DNA of 64,000 nt from Phycisphaerales bacterium (GCA_012729595.1 JAAYCU010000322.1:5859-69858); one strand, 5' to 3'. Positions 9,098-19,013 are shown, counted from the stretch's first letter. Program-made: numbers and translations. Notes: a model not told the origin generated them from the letters alone.

Positions 9098-10726
9098 ATG
9101 GCCAAAGCACCTATGATTCTGATCGCGGATGATTCCAGAAGCGATCGCGATTTGTGCGCGCTCTTGCTTCGACGCGAGGGTTACGAAATCGCTTTGGCCC
9201 AGAACGGCTTGGAGGCGATCGAGGTAGCTCGTCGCGAACAACCGCATGTAATCATCATGGACATGATGATGCCGCTGATGGATGGGCTGGAGGCCACCCG
9301 GGTCTTACGCGCCTATAGCCCGACGGCGAACATTCCAATCATAATGGTCAGCGCCAATAACGAGGAGGAAGACGCCGTTGCGGGCCTGGACGCCGGGGCC
9401 GACGAATACCTGTCCAAGCCGATTCGACCTCGTGATTTCCGCTTTCGCGTTCGTTCCATGGTCCGGTTACGTAACGCCAGTTTGCAATTGCAGAGGGCCA
9501 ACGCGGAGTTGAGGCGGCGTACAGATACCCTGGCCCAGTTGAATCAGTTTTGCGAGGCCGTTCTACTGGATGGTTCCGTGAAGGCCATCGGACGCAAAGT
9601 AGTCGAGATGGCCGCGGCCCTGCTGCAAAGCGACCGGGTGTCTTTGTTGGTGCCCGATGGCAACGACGGTCCCTTGCGGGTGGTCTTTGCCTTGGGCATA
9701 GATCCGCGGATTTGGCCGAAGCTGACTATCCCTCTGGACAGTCCTATCTCCGGACAGGTCTTTACCGGCCAGACGGAGTTTGTCGCCAATCGCGACACCG
9801 CGCACGTGCCGACTATCGGACAATACGAATCCGCCTTTTTCGTAAGTGTACCGCTGATGAGTACCGCTCTTCGTTCCCATGATGGCGCGATTGGAGTACT
9901 CAACGTTACCGAGAAGCAAGATCATCAGGAATACTCTAACGAAGATGTGCAAACCTGCCGCCAGATCGCCCAGACCGCCGCGTTGGCCCTGGAGCATGCC
10001 ATGGTCCGCAAGCAACTGGACGCTACCCGCGATTCCATTATCTTGTCGATGGCCCGGCTAAGCGAATATCGTCAGCGAACTATCGGCCGACATCTGGAGC
10101 GGGTCCGTGATTTGTCGGCCCTGCTGGCCCGCTATCTGGCCGACGACCCGAGGATTCCGGAGAAGATCGACGAAGCGTATATTACCGATCTGCGCCGGGC
10201 CGCCCCGCTGCACGATATCGGCAAAGTGGCTATTCCCGACAGTGTCCTATTGAAGAAAGGTAAGTTGACCACCGAGGAGTTCCAGCTAATGCGGGAACAT
10301 ACCAGCATCGGCGAACAAACCCTGCGGATGGTCATCAGCAGCGGGCATGAGGTCAGTTTCCTGCGTATCGCCATGGATATCGCCCATTATCATCATGAGC
10401 GTTGGGACGGGACGGGCTACCCCGAGGGCTTGGCCGGCGAGGGTATCCCTTTATGCGCCAGGATCGTCTGTCTGGCCGATACCTACGACGCGATTCGCAT
10501 GCCGCGGGAATACAAACCGACTCTGAGTCATGAAACGGCAACGCGCGAAATCCTGGCCGGTAGCGGAACGCAGTTCGACCCCCGCCTGGTCCAGGCTTAT
10601 TGCGCATTGGAAGAGGACTTTCGGAATACCTATGACCAACTGGCGGAGGATGAGTATGGCGAGAGCCACGAGTCGGCCATTTTGGCCGGCTCATCCGCGG
10701 AGTCATGGGTTGTCGCAGACGCATGA
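9098..10726 (+). CDS. Response regulator with REC, GAF-like and HD-GYP domains (putative c-di-GMP phosphodiesterase)
   Basis: REC domain: ILIADDSRSDRDL...IIMDMMMPLMDG...YLSKP. HD-GYP domain: APLHDIGKVAIPDSVL...HHERWDGTGYPEGL. The central roughly 150-aa region looks GAF-like. Start taken at MAKAPMILIADD (9098); the ORF opens at 9059. Confidence 0.85.
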   Translation: MAKAPMILIADDSRSDRDLCALLLRREGYEIALAQNGLEAIEVARREQPHVIIMDMMMPLMDGLEATRVLRAYSPTANIPIIMVSANNEEEDAVAGLDAGADEYLSKPIRPRDFRFRVRSMVRLRNASLQLQRANAELRRRTDTLAQLNQFCEAVLLDGSVKAIGRKVVEMAAALLQSDRVSLLVPDGNDGPLRVVFALGIDPRIWPKLTIPLDSPISGQVFTGQTEFVANRDTAHVPTIGQYESAFFVSVPLMSTALRSHDGAIGVLNVTEKQDHQEYSNEDVQTCRQIAQTAALALEHAMVRKQLDATRDSIILSMARLSEYRQRTIGRHLERVRDLSALLARYLADDPRIPEKIDEAYITDLRRAAPLHDIGKVAIPDSVLLKKGKLTTEEFQLMREHTSIGEQTLRMVISSGHEVSFLRIAMDIAHYHHERWDGTGYPEGLAGEGIPLCARIVCLADTYDAIRMPREYKPTLSHETATREILAGSGTQFDPRLVQAYCALEEDFRNTYDQLAEDEYGESHESAILAGSSAESWVVADA

Positions 10727-11051
10727 CCCGATTGTGCCGATAGGCCCGGACTATCGAGACGGTCGCATCATCTTTCCCCCCTGATATAATTCCCCGACGC
10801 GCAGGCCAACACTGTATAAACTCATCAAGCCAGTTTTTCCGGGGCGCGCTATACCACGCTGTTGCGCTTTGTTCTGGTACGCATCCAAGACCGACTCGAT
10901 CGCATGGGGAAGCCGGAGCCCGGTAGTTGTGCAAAATTTCCGGTTAACTCGCGGCAACAACCGGGATGCGGGGGATGCAGGCGTTGCCGAGGTCTTGGGA
11001 GTAAGATAGAATATATTCGTGCGTGGTCATTTTCGGGGAACTCGAACAGTC

Positions 11052-12764
11052 ATGAAAACACAGCATCTTATTGTTAAGCGTGGGTTATGGTTTGGTTTGG
11101 CGATAGCGTCGGCGGCGGCGATGATAACCGGCGCATGGGCGGATACGTCAACGGAAACCCGTCCGGCGGACACCCGGCCGGCCGACCCGCTGGACCGAGA
11201 ATCCCTTCTCGGCACCTCCGAACACGAACGGGCCGTCATCATTCCCATCACCGGAACCATCACCGACATCACCCGGGGCAGCATCGAACGCCGGCTGGAA
11301 TATGTGCGAGAAGCGGGGATCGATCTGGTCATCTTCGAGTTCGATACGCCGGGCGGAGTGCTGGGTACCACCCTGGAAATATGCACGGACATCAAAAGAC
11401 TGCGTCAGGAGGGGATAAGCTCTTATGCTTGGATCAACCCCCAGGCGTACAGTGCCGGCACGATTATCGCCCTGGCCACCGAGGGGATTTTCATGTCCAG
11501 TTTTGCCCGTATGGGGGACTGCCAGCCGATCATGATGACCGGTACCGGTGTTTCCGCGGTTCCCGAGGAGATCGAGGCCAAGGCGACCAGTCCGCTGGTG
11601 GCCGAACTGCGCGATTCGGCCCAACGGAACGGGTATAGCTACCTTATGACCCTTTCCCTGATCCGACCGGAGATGGAGATTTGGTGGCTGGAGAACACGC
11701 AAACCGGGGAAAAACGTTTCGTGAACACCCAGGAGCGGGATCGGTTGATGGCGGCGGACGAAGGGACGGAAAAAAAGGAAAAGGGGCTGCTGGATTATAT
11801 CTCCGGGCGGCGAGAGGGCGCATCTGGGGATAAGACCGAGACCGGAGGAGAGCCGACGTGGCGTTACGTGGATGACTATCCCGCTCTGGGCAAGGTACAC
11901 CAGCCGATCGTGGAGGCGGATAAGCAATTGCTGACCATGACCACGCCCGAGGCCTTGGCCTACGGGTTTGCCCGGGCGGAACTGAATAACGAGCAGGAAC
12001 TGCGGGAGTATTTTCGCATCAGCGGGTCGGTCGAAAGGCTCGAGGATACGTACATGGAGACGTTCGTGCAGTGGCTGGCCTCGCCGATGGTCCGGGGCGT
12101 GCTTTTCCTGCTGATGCTGCTGGGGGCCTACACGGAATTTCATACGCCGGGGATCGGGGTGGCCGGGGCGGTCGCCCTGGTGTGCCTGGTGCTGTTTCTG
12201 GGAGCCCCGTACATGGCCGGCATCACGATGACCTGGGAGATCGTGGCCATCGTGTTGGGCATCATTTTGCTGCTGATCGAGCTTTTCGTGCTCCCCGGCT
12301 TCGGCGTGGCGGGGATCATGGGTTTATTATTGTTGATGGTGGGGTTGCTGTTTTCGTTCGTGCCCCCAGAGCCGGTGTGGGACGACAACTGGTTCCGGAT
12401 GCCTACGCTGCCGGATACCTACACATACTTCCAGCGAGGTTTGTATGCCTTGGCCGGGGGTCTGGCCGGATCGATCGTGGGCGCATATTTCATTGCTCGT
12501 TTTCTCCCGCAAACTTCGGTAGGGCGGATGTTCATTCCCCCTAATCCGACCCACGAGCAGGTGATGATGGTGGATGCCGTGCCGGCGGCTCTGTTCGTCG
12601 GGGCGGTGGGCACTGCCCAAAGTATGCTGCGCCCGGCCGGTAAGGCTTTGTTTGTCGATACCCTGGCGGATGTGGTTACCCTTGGTGAGTTTGTCGAAAA
12701 AGGCTCGCGGGTCGAGATCGTGGAGCGCCACGGTGCCCGGATCGTAGTTCGACAGGTTTCTTAG
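11052..12764 (+). CDS. NfeD-family membrane-bound serine protease (long form, ClpP-like domain + TM block + C-terminal OB domain)
   Basis: Signal/TM region: MKTQHLIVKRGLWFGLAIASAAAMITGAWA. ClpP-class block: VIIPITGTITDIT...VIFEFDTPGGVLG...AYSAGTIIALA. This is followed by 4-5 hydrophobic helices and a C-terminal beta-rich tail (LRPAGKALFVDTLADVVTLGEFVEKGSRVEIVERHGARIVVRQV). Confidence 0.8.
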   Translation: MKTQHLIVKRGLWFGLAIASAAAMITGAWADTSTETRPADTRPADPLDRESLLGTSEHERAVIIPITGTITDITRGSIERRLEYVREAGIDLVIFEFDTPGGVLGTTLEICTDIKRLRQEGISSYAWINPQAYSAGTIIALATEGIFMSSFARMGDCQPIMMTGTGVSAVPEEIEAKATSPLVAELRDSAQRNGYSYLMTLSLIRPEMEIWWLENTQTGEKRFVNTQERDRLMAADEGTEKKEKGLLDYISGRREGASGDKTETGGEPTWRYVDDYPALGKVHQPIVEADKQLLTMTTPEALAYGFARAELNNEQELREYFRISGSVERLEDTYMETFVQWLASPMVRGVLFLLMLLGAYTEFHTPGIGVAGAVALVCLVLFLGAPYMAGITMTWEIVAIVLGIILLLIELFVLPGFGVAGIMGLLLLMVGLLFSFVPPEPVWDDNWFRMPTLPDTYTYFQRGLYALAGGLAGSIVGAYFIARFLPQTSVGRMFIPPNPTHEQVMMVDAVPAALFVGAVGTAQSMLRPAGKALFVDTLADVVTLGEFVEKGSRVEIVERHGARIVVRQVS

Positions 12765-12791
12765 TAGGTCGCGGCCGATGAGGTTGAGGTC

Positions 12792-13304
12792 ATGTCGGAG
12801 TGGTATTTTATCGGGTTTCTGTATTTCCTCGGCATTGTATTGCTGATTGTGGAACTGTTCCTGCCGGCCTACGGACTCCTGGGCCTGATCGGCGTGGGCG
12901 TGCTGGGTCTGGCCCTGTATCAGACGTATCAGCGCCATGATGTCGCCGCCCTGATCGGTTTAGCGCTGATCGTGATTCTTCTTCCGCTGGGTTTGGTCTA
13001 CAGTGTTAAGAACTGGCACCGTACTCCCGTGGGGCGGCGTCTGGCTCCGTCTAATCCGACATTGACCCAGGCGGATCGGATGCCGGTGGAACACATGCAG
13101 GTTCTCGTCGGCAGTGTCGGTCGCTCGTTGACTCCGTTAAGGCCGGTAGGTACGTGTATATTCGAGGGCCGGCGGGTGGAATGCAAGGCGGAGTATGGTA
13201 TGATCGACAAGGGCGTAAGCGTACAGGCTATTCGCCTGATTGATCGAACGCTGGCGGTGCGTGAGGTTCCCGAATCGCTGGAACATTTTGCCGAAGCATC
13301 ATGA
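12792..13304 (+). CDS. NfeD-family protein (short form: membrane anchor + OB-fold domain)
   Basis: 170 aa. It has three hydrophobic helices, then [50 protein letters not shown], the typical NfeD C-terminal OB pattern. It sits directly upstream of the flotillin-like gene. Confidence 0.7.
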   Translation: MSEWYFIGFLYFLGIVLLIVELFLPAYGLLGLIGVGVLGLALYQTYQRHDVAALIGLALIVILLPLGLVYSVKNWHRTPVGRRLAPSNPTLTQADRMPVEHMQVLVGSVGRSLTPLRPVGTCIFEGRRVECKAEYGMIDKGVSVQAIRLIDRTLAVREVPESLEHFAEAS

Positions 13305-13359
13305 TGGTTTCGGTGGATGCTTGGTGTTGCGGGTTTCATATCAGGAAAGGATTCATGAC

Positions 13360-14391
13360 ATGCTCGACGTTTCCAAACAATTGATGGCCGAAATTACTCC
13401 CGGATGGATAATCGCCGTGATTGTTATCATGATCGGCCTGGTTGTGCTGGCCATCGTGGCCAAGTTTTTCAACCTGTGGGTGCAAGCCCTCTTCAGCAAG
13501 GCGGACGTCAGCTTCGGCGACCTGATCGGTATGTATATGCGGAAGGTTGATGCTCGGATTATCGTGTTGAGCAAGATTCGGGCGGTCAAGTCGGGACTGG
13601 ATATCACCACGAACGATCTGGAAACGCATTATCTGGCCGGCGGGCGGGTGCCGGAGGTGATTTCCTCGCTGATTGCGGCCGACCGGGCTCGGATAGAGCT
13701 GCCCTTCAAGACGGCCTGCGCGATTGACCTGGCCGGCCGGGACATGCTCGATGCCGTGCATACCTCGGTTAACCCGAAGGTGATCGACTGCCCCAGCGCC
13801 AGCACAGGCAAGCATACCATCGACGCGGTGGCCAAGGACGGTATCCAGGTCAAGGCCCGGGCTCGGGTGACCGTGCGGACGAATATCGAGCGGCTGGTCG
13901 GCGGGGCCACCGAGGAGACGATCATCGCCCGCGTCGGCGAGGGTATCGTGACCAGTATCGGCTCGGCCGAGAACTACAAGGCGGTGCTGGAGAATCCGGA
14001 CACGATCTCCAAGCGCGTTCTGGAAAGAGGGTTGGATTCGGGGACCGCGTTCGAGATTCTCTCGATCGATATCGCCGATGTCGATGTCGGCCTGAACATC
14101 GGTGCCCAGCTCCAGGTCGATCAGGCCGAGGCCGACAAGCGCCGGTTCCAGGCCGAGGCCGAGAAACGCCGGGCGATGGCCATGGCTCGTGAGCAGGAAA
14201 TGCTTGCTCTGGTCCAGGAAAACCGGGCGAAAGTGGTCGAGGCCGAGGTCGAAATTCCCAAGGCGATGGCCGAGGCCTTCCGTCAAGGCAACCTGGGCAT
14301 CATGGATTATTACCGGCTGCGCAACATCCAGGCGGACACGAGCATGCGCCAGTCGATCGGCGGCGAGGACAAGGGTACGCCCAAGGCGTAA
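13360..14391 (+). CDS. floA: Flotillin-like protein FloA (SPFH family, UPF0365/YqfA type)
   Basis: Start [46 protein letters not shown] at 13360, with AGGAAAGG upstream. The blocks [25 protein letters not shown] and [17 protein letters not shown], plus a C-terminal Ala/Glu-rich coiled coil, match FloA. Confidence 0.85.
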   Translation: MLDVSKQLMAEITPGWIIAVIVIMIGLVVLAIVAKFFNLWVQALFSKADVSFGDLIGMYMRKVDARIIVLSKIRAVKSGLDITTNDLETHYLAGGRVPEVISSLIAADRARIELPFKTACAIDLAGRDMLDAVHTSVNPKVIDCPSASTGKHTIDAVAKDGIQVKARARVTVRTNIERLVGGATEETIIARVGEGIVTSIGSAENYKAVLENPDTISKRVLERGLDSGTAFEILSIDIADVDVGLNIGAQLQVDQAEADKRRFQAEAEKRRAMAMAREQEMLALVQENRAKVVEAEVEIPKAMAEAFRQGNLGIMDYYRLRNIQADTSMRQSIGGEDKGTPKA

Positions 14392-14413
14392 ATGATTCGC
14401 CCAGCGAGGTTTC

Positions 14414-15127
14414 ATGCACGAGCTATTAAACATCCTGGCTCAGCGGGAAAGCGATGGGATGGAGCTGCTTTGGATCATCGCGGTGATCCTGTTTTCCGCG
14501 GTGGGTGGGCTTTCGGAGTGGCTTAAGAAACGGCGGGCGGAAAACAAGGCGGCGCAAACGACTCCGCGCCCACGGAAACCCGCCGCTCCAGCCCGACGGA
14601 CGGCATCAGGTTCGCCGCTTTCGCCTCGGCCGTCCGATTCGAGAACGCCGCCGACGGCCCGGCCTCCGGTTTCGCGACCCCAGGCTCCGCCGCAGCGTCC
14701 CATGCCGGCGCAACAACGGGCGACTCGTCCTCCGCCAGCCCGAAAAGCGGTTCCCGCGGCGCCACCGCGGCGTCCGTCCGCTGCGCCCGCGCCACAACGG
14801 GGTATTTCGGGTCCGCGTTCCGTTCGCGGCCAGTCGCCGCCGGCGGTTGAGGTGCGGCGACAGAGAGAGGCGACCCGCAAGCCGACTACCTCGTCGGCAC
14901 CGCCCAATGGGAAGGAACGGATGCCGGATGCCCAATCCCAGCCTGTTCGGACGGCCGAGACGGCCCGTCAGGAAATTTCGGAGCGTCGTCCGAATATTGC
15001 CAGGGAACAGATCTTCAAGCCCGGCCAGCCGCTCGGCCGCACGGAGTGGCGCCGGGCGATCGTCCTGAACGAATTGCTCGGCCCGCCGGTGGCCCTGCGC
15101 GGCGAAACGCAGGTATGGGACCGCTGA
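14414..15127 (+). CDS. Membrane-anchored proline/arginine-rich low-complexity protein (hypothetical)
   Basis: One N-terminal TM helix (LLWIIAVILFSAVGGL) followed by about 150 aa of P/R/A-rich sequence. It lies 22 nt after floA on the same strand. All frames are open here because of the GC-rich repeats, so frame choice rests on the TM helix and operon position. Confidence 0.5.
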   Translation: MHELLNILAQRESDGMELLWIIAVILFSAVGGLSEWLKKRRAENKAAQTTPRPRKPAAPARRTASGSPLSPRPSDSRTPPTARPPVSRPQAPPQRPMPAQQRATRPPPARKAVPAAPPRRPSAAPAPQRGISGPRSVRGQSPPAVEVRRQREATRKPTTSSAPPNGKERMPDAQSQPVRTAETARQEISERRPNIAREQIFKPGQPLGRTEWRRAIVLNELLGPPVALRGETQVWDR

Positions 15128-15233
15128 CGACCGCCCGCGAGGAATGTCGATCGGGCTTATGGCGATGACCGATTCCAATCCGCGCCGACCGTATGTCGAT
15201 CAGCAATTTACTTGATCTGAAAGGATATTTGCC

Positions 15234-16256
15234 ATGAGGAAATTGATCGCGATCACTGCAGCGGTTTGTGCTTTTTGTCCGTTCGTGTCTTTTACTCAGG
15301 CGGCCCAACCGTGGATCGTGTTCGACGGCTTCGACGGGCCGGGTAAGGGCAAGCATATCGTTTTCGTCACCGGCGACGAGGAGTACCGCTCGGAAGAATC
15401 GATGCCCCAACTGGCGAAAGTGCTGGCCAGGCATCATGGCTTCAAATGCACGGTACTCTTCGCCATCGACCGAAATGACGGCACGATCAATCCCGAGCAG
15501 AACGATAACATCCCCGGCCTGGAAGCGCTGGAAAAGGCCGATCTCATGGTGATCTTTACCCGCTTCCGCGATCTGCCCGACGAGCAGATGAAACCGATCC
15601 TCGATTATATTAATTCGGGCAAGCCGATTGTGGGGTTACGCACCGCTACTCATGCCTTCCGTTTTCAAAAGCACAAGACCTACGCGAAATATGATTTCAA
15701 TAACAAGGAATTCGCCGGCGGGTTCGGCCGTCAGGTGCTCGGCGAAACCTGGATCAGCCATTACGGCAAGCACAATGTGGAAAGCACCCGGGGCATCGTA
15801 GTCAAAGGCATGGAGGAGCATCCCATCCTCCGCGGGGTGAAGGATATCTGGGGTCCGTCGGACGTGTATGGGATAACCACGTTGAGCGGCGACAGCAAAC
15901 CGCTGGTCATGGGCCAGGTACTCGTCGGCATGAACCCCGACGATGAGCCCAAGCCGGATATGGAGCTGGTTCCCATCGCCTGGACGAAAACGTATAAGGG
16001 CGACAAAGGTAAAACTTCGTTAGTGTTCACCACCACCATGGGGCACAGCGACGATCTGCAGAACGAGGGTTTCCGCCGGCTTCTGGTCAACGCCTGTTAT
16101 TGGGCCCTCAAGCTGGAAGAGCAAATCCGCCCGGATCTCAAGGTTGATCTGGTTGGCGAATACAAACCGAACGCCATCGGCTTCGGCACGCACAAAACCG
16201 GCCTCAAGCCCGAGGATCATCGTATACGCGACTGTGGTCAAGACGACCGGCATTAA
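15234..16256 (+). CDS. Secreted ThuA-like (class I glutamine amidotransferase-like fold) protein
   Basis: Signal peptide MRKLIAITAAVCAFCPFVSFTQA. The blocks HIVFVTGDEEYRSEESMPQLAKVL, ADLMVIF and KPIVGLRTATHAF resemble ThuA-domain proteins. The assignment is from memory of the family only. Confidence 0.5.
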   Translation: MRKLIAITAAVCAFCPFVSFTQAAQPWIVFDGFDGPGKGKHIVFVTGDEEYRSEESMPQLAKVLARHHGFKCTVLFAIDRNDGTINPEQNDNIPGLEALEKADLMVIFTRFRDLPDEQMKPILDYINSGKPIVGLRTATHAFRFQKHKTYAKYDFNNKEFAGGFGRQVLGETWISHYGKHNVESTRGIVVKGMEEHPILRGVKDIWGPSDVYGITTLSGDSKPLVMGQVLVGMNPDDEPKPDMELVPIAWTKTYKGDKGKTSLVFTTTMGHSDDLQNEGFRRLLVNACYWALKLEEQIRPDLKVDLVGEYKPNAIGFGTHKTGLKPEDHRIRDCGQDDRH

Positions 16257-16329
16257 TCCGGGATCGTTCGTTTGTCCCCGTGGACGGAAAAGACCGACCC
16301 CTCGGGTATCGCGGGGGGCCTACTATCAG

Positions 16330-16392
16330 TTAAAAAATAAAAACGGCTCGCGACACGAATGACCAATGCATCAGTCCTTCGTGACGCGAGCC
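16330..16392 (-). terminator. Rho-independent terminator downstream of the peroxiredoxin gene
   Basis: Inverted repeat GGCTCGCGACACGAA (16345-16359) / TTCGTGACGCGAGCC (16378-16392): 15-nt arms, 1 mismatch, 18-nt loop. On the minus strand the stem is followed by GTTTTTATTTTTTAA (complement of 16330-16344). It lies between convergent genes. Confidence 0.6.
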
Positions 16393-16468
16393 TGGTTTGC
16401 GTCTGTACAACGGAGGTCTCTCGTAATGCTCGATCGGCCCACCGGCCGTTAGGCAATTAGGTCATATT

Positions 16469-17113
16469 TCACTTGACATCCTTGAAATATGCTTGCGAGC
16501 CGGACGGGTCAGGTTTCATGGTTTTTGCTCCCGGTTGCCAGTTAGCCGGGCAGACCTCGCCGTGCTCGGCTACGAACTGATAACCCTGAATCAAACGCAA
16601 TACCTCATCGACGTTTCGACCCACGCCCAGGTTATTGACCGTGTAGGACTGAAGGGCGCCTTTGTCGTCGATGATGAACAGACCGCGGGCGGCAATCCCG
16701 CCCTCGAGCAGCACGCGATAATTGCACGCCGCGCTCTTGTCCAGGTCGGACAGCAACGGGAACTTGATCTCGCCCAGCCCGCCCTTGTTGCGCGGCGTGT
16801 TTTTCCAGGCCAGATGGGTAAAGTGGCTGTCCACCGACGCCCCGACCACTTTCGCTCCGATCTTCTCGAATTCGGCGATCCGATCGCTGAAGGCGATGAT
16901 CTCCGTCGGGCATACGAAGGTGAAATCAAGCGGGTAGAAGAACAGGACTACATACTTGCCGGAGATTTTTTCGTCCCCGACCGTCAAGACCCCGTCCGCA
17001 TAAGACAAATTGACGAACTGCGAACCGACGACGGCCTGCCCGCCGAACGCAGGAGCAGACTCGCCGACCTGTAACCGTGGGCAACATGACTCGGACATTT
17101 GTCGACCTCCCAA
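16469..17113 (-). CDS. Peroxiredoxin, typical 2-Cys (AhpC/Tsa family)
   Basis: Peroxidatic Cys motif DFTFVCPTEI, then HLAWKNTPR, and the resolving Cys context GEVCPANW. The start could instead be the Met at 17098. Confidence 0.9.
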   Translation of the reverse strand: MGGRQMSESCCPRLQVGESAPAFGGQAVVGSQFVNLSYADGVLTVGDEKISGKYVVLFFYPLDFTFVCPTEIIAFSDRIAEFEKIGAKVVGASVDSHFTHLAWKNTPRNKGGLGEIKFPLLSDLDKSAACNYRVLLEGGIAARGLFIIDDKGALQSYTVNNLGVGRNVDEVLRLIQGYQFVAEHGEVCPANWQPGAKTMKPDPSGSQAYFKDVK

Positions 17114-17379
17114 AAATCGTGTTCAACTTGCTCGTATCCAAAGCTTCGCCAGGGTCGACGGGATAGTTCCCGGTTTCTGTAAGAAATACCGGGTTTTTCA
17201 CCCCCGTCGGCCTCGGCCCGACCCCGCGCCGGACAAACCGCCGCGGTTTGTCTCGATTCTAGTACGCCGGTTCGCTCGCGGCCAATGCGTTATATAAAAT
17301 GACCGCCAGAAAAGGGCGGGAATTTGTCGATAGCTTTCAAGAACGGCGTCCGCGGCTAGAATACGTCGAGGGTTGGATA

Positions 17380-18366
17380 ATGGCTCAAAAAGGCGACAAT
17401 AAAAAATTGTTCGGCCTTCGTTTGGTTTTGATGGCAACGCTCGTCTTGACCGCCTCCGGTGGTACGGCCCGGGCCAATCAGACCGAGGCCGCCCTGCGCC
17501 GTGCCCTGGCCTGGCAGATTGCCCTGGACCGCGTCGGGTTTTCGCCTGGAGTGATTGACGGACGCGTCGGCCAGAAGACACAATTGGCCACCCGGGAGTT
17601 CCAGCGGGTACATGGCCTGGCCCAGACCGGCGAGCTCGACAAGGCCACCGCCGACGCCCTGAAGATCGACCCGGACAACGCCATCGCCCGCTACACTATC
17701 CAGGCGTCCGACTTCAATGAGATCGGCCCGGCCCCCACCAGTTGGCTGGCCAAGAGCAAACTCAAATTTCTCGGGCACCCCTCTCTCGACGTCGTGCTGG
17801 CCGAGAAGTTCCACTGCGCCCGCCACCTGCTGACTACCCTCAATCCCGGGGTGAACATCAACCAGCTCAAGGCCGGTAGCAGGATCGTCGTGCCCGCCGT
17901 CACCGATTACGTCGACGGCGTCTCCGCGAAGCGCGTCGAGGTCAACCTGTCCGAAAAGGTGATCCGGGTCGTCGACGGCCGGAACCGGCTGGTCGCCCTC
18001 TTTCATTGTTCGGTGGCCGCCGATAAGGCCAAGATGCCCGCCGGCCAGGCCCGCGTAATCAGTGCCGTGCCCGATCCGAACTACACGTTCAATCCCAGAA
18101 TGTGGCCGGAGGTCAAGGAGAATATCCCCGGCCCGCTCAACATCCCCCCCGGCCCGCGCAACCCCGTCGGGCGATTCTGGATCGGCCTGTCCAAGGCGGG
18201 TTACGGTATCCACGGCACGCCCAACCCCGAACTCATCGGCAAGACCGGCTCGCACGGCTGCTTCCGGCTGGCCAACTGGGATGCCGTCCGCCTCGGCCGC
18301 ATGGTCAGCGTAGGCACCGAGGTCCGCTTCGTCGATCATCCGAATACCGAACTGGCCAACCGATGA
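17380..18366 (+). CDS. L,D-transpeptidase (YkuD domain) with N-terminal peptidoglycan-binding-like domain
   Basis: Catalytic motif GIHGTPNPELIGKTGSHGCFRLANWD. PG-binding-like block: GFSPGVIDGRVGQKTQLATREFQRVHGL. Signal peptide after MAQKGDNKK (start 17380, GAGGG 7 nt upstream). The ORF opens at 17299. Confidence 0.85.
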   Translation: MAQKGDNKKLFGLRLVLMATLVLTASGGTARANQTEAALRRALAWQIALDRVGFSPGVIDGRVGQKTQLATREFQRVHGLAQTGELDKATADALKIDPDNAIARYTIQASDFNEIGPAPTSWLAKSKLKFLGHPSLDVVLAEKFHCARHLLTTLNPGVNINQLKAGSRIVVPAVTDYVDGVSAKRVEVNLSEKVIRVVDGRNRLVALFHCSVAADKAKMPAGQARVISAVPDPNYTFNPRMWPEVKENIPGPLNIPPGPRNPVGRFWIGLSKAGYGIHGTPNPELIGKTGSHGCFRLANWDAVRLGRMVSVGTEVRFVDHPNTELANR

Positions 18367-19013
18367 TGAAAGCAATTAAGGGGCTCATTTTCGACCTCGA
18401 CGGCACGCTGGCCGACACGCTTGCGGACATCGCCGATGCGGTCAACGCGGGGTTGGAGGCGTTTGGCCTGCCGCGCCGATCGAACGAGGATGTTCGCGCT
18501 TGGATTGGCGAGGGCATGCCTCTGCTCTGCCAGCGGGCTATTGCCGGGCGGGAAGATATCCCGCTTGATGAAATGATCGCCGTCGTCCGCGAGCATTACC
18601 GCGTCAATCGGCTCAACAAGGTGAAACTCTATCCGGGCGTTCCCGAACTGCTCGACGAACTGGTCCGGCGAAACGTCCTCCTGGCCATCCTGACCAACAA
18701 GCCGCACGAGCATACCGAGGCGATGTGCGCGGTCTTGTTCGCCCGCTGGCCGCTGGTGGCCGTCGAAGGCTATCGACAGGAGGCATTCCGCAAGCCCGAT
18801 CCGCGCGTGGCCCTGCGCCTCGTCGAGAAAATGGGTCTGACGCCGGGGCAGGTCATGCTGGTCGGCGATTCCTCCACGGACATGCACACCGCGAAAAACG
18901 CCGGCCTGACCGCCGTCGGCGCGACCTGGGGCTACCGCGCCCGCCGGGAACTGATCGATGCCGGAGCGAAACACCTGATCGACCGGGCCGATGAGCTGCT
19001 GGCTCTTCTCTGA
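18363..19013 (+). CDS. HAD-superfamily hydrolase, phosphoglycolate phosphatase-like
   Basis: Start MMKAIKGLIFDLDGTLADT (DxDGT motif I). Motif II is LAILTNK and motif IV is LVGDSSTDMHTAKNAG. The ATG at 18363 overlaps the upstream TGA (18364-18366). The 303-aa ORF in the track includes a spurious 5-prime extension. Confidence 0.8.
   Translation: MMKAIKGLIFDLDGTLADTLADIADAVNAGLEAFGLPRRSNEDVRAWIGEGMPLLCQRAIAGREDIPLDEMIAVVREHYRVNRLNKVKLYPGVPELLDELVRRNVLLAILTNKPHEHTEAMCAVLFARWPLVAVEGYRQEAFRKPDPRVALRLVEKMGLTPGQVMLVGDSSTDMHTAKNAGLTAVGATWGYRARRELIDAGAKHLIDRADELLALL

Noticed and set aside
11157-11186. 15-nt tandem repeat encoding TRPAD-TRPAD in the NfeD signal-proximal region
   Set aside because: It has only two copies, with synonymous differences, inside a linker. 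It is probably a trivial local duplication without regulatory meaning.
13336-14433. 365-aa minus-strand ORF
   Set aside because: It is antisense to floA and gives a low-complexity product.
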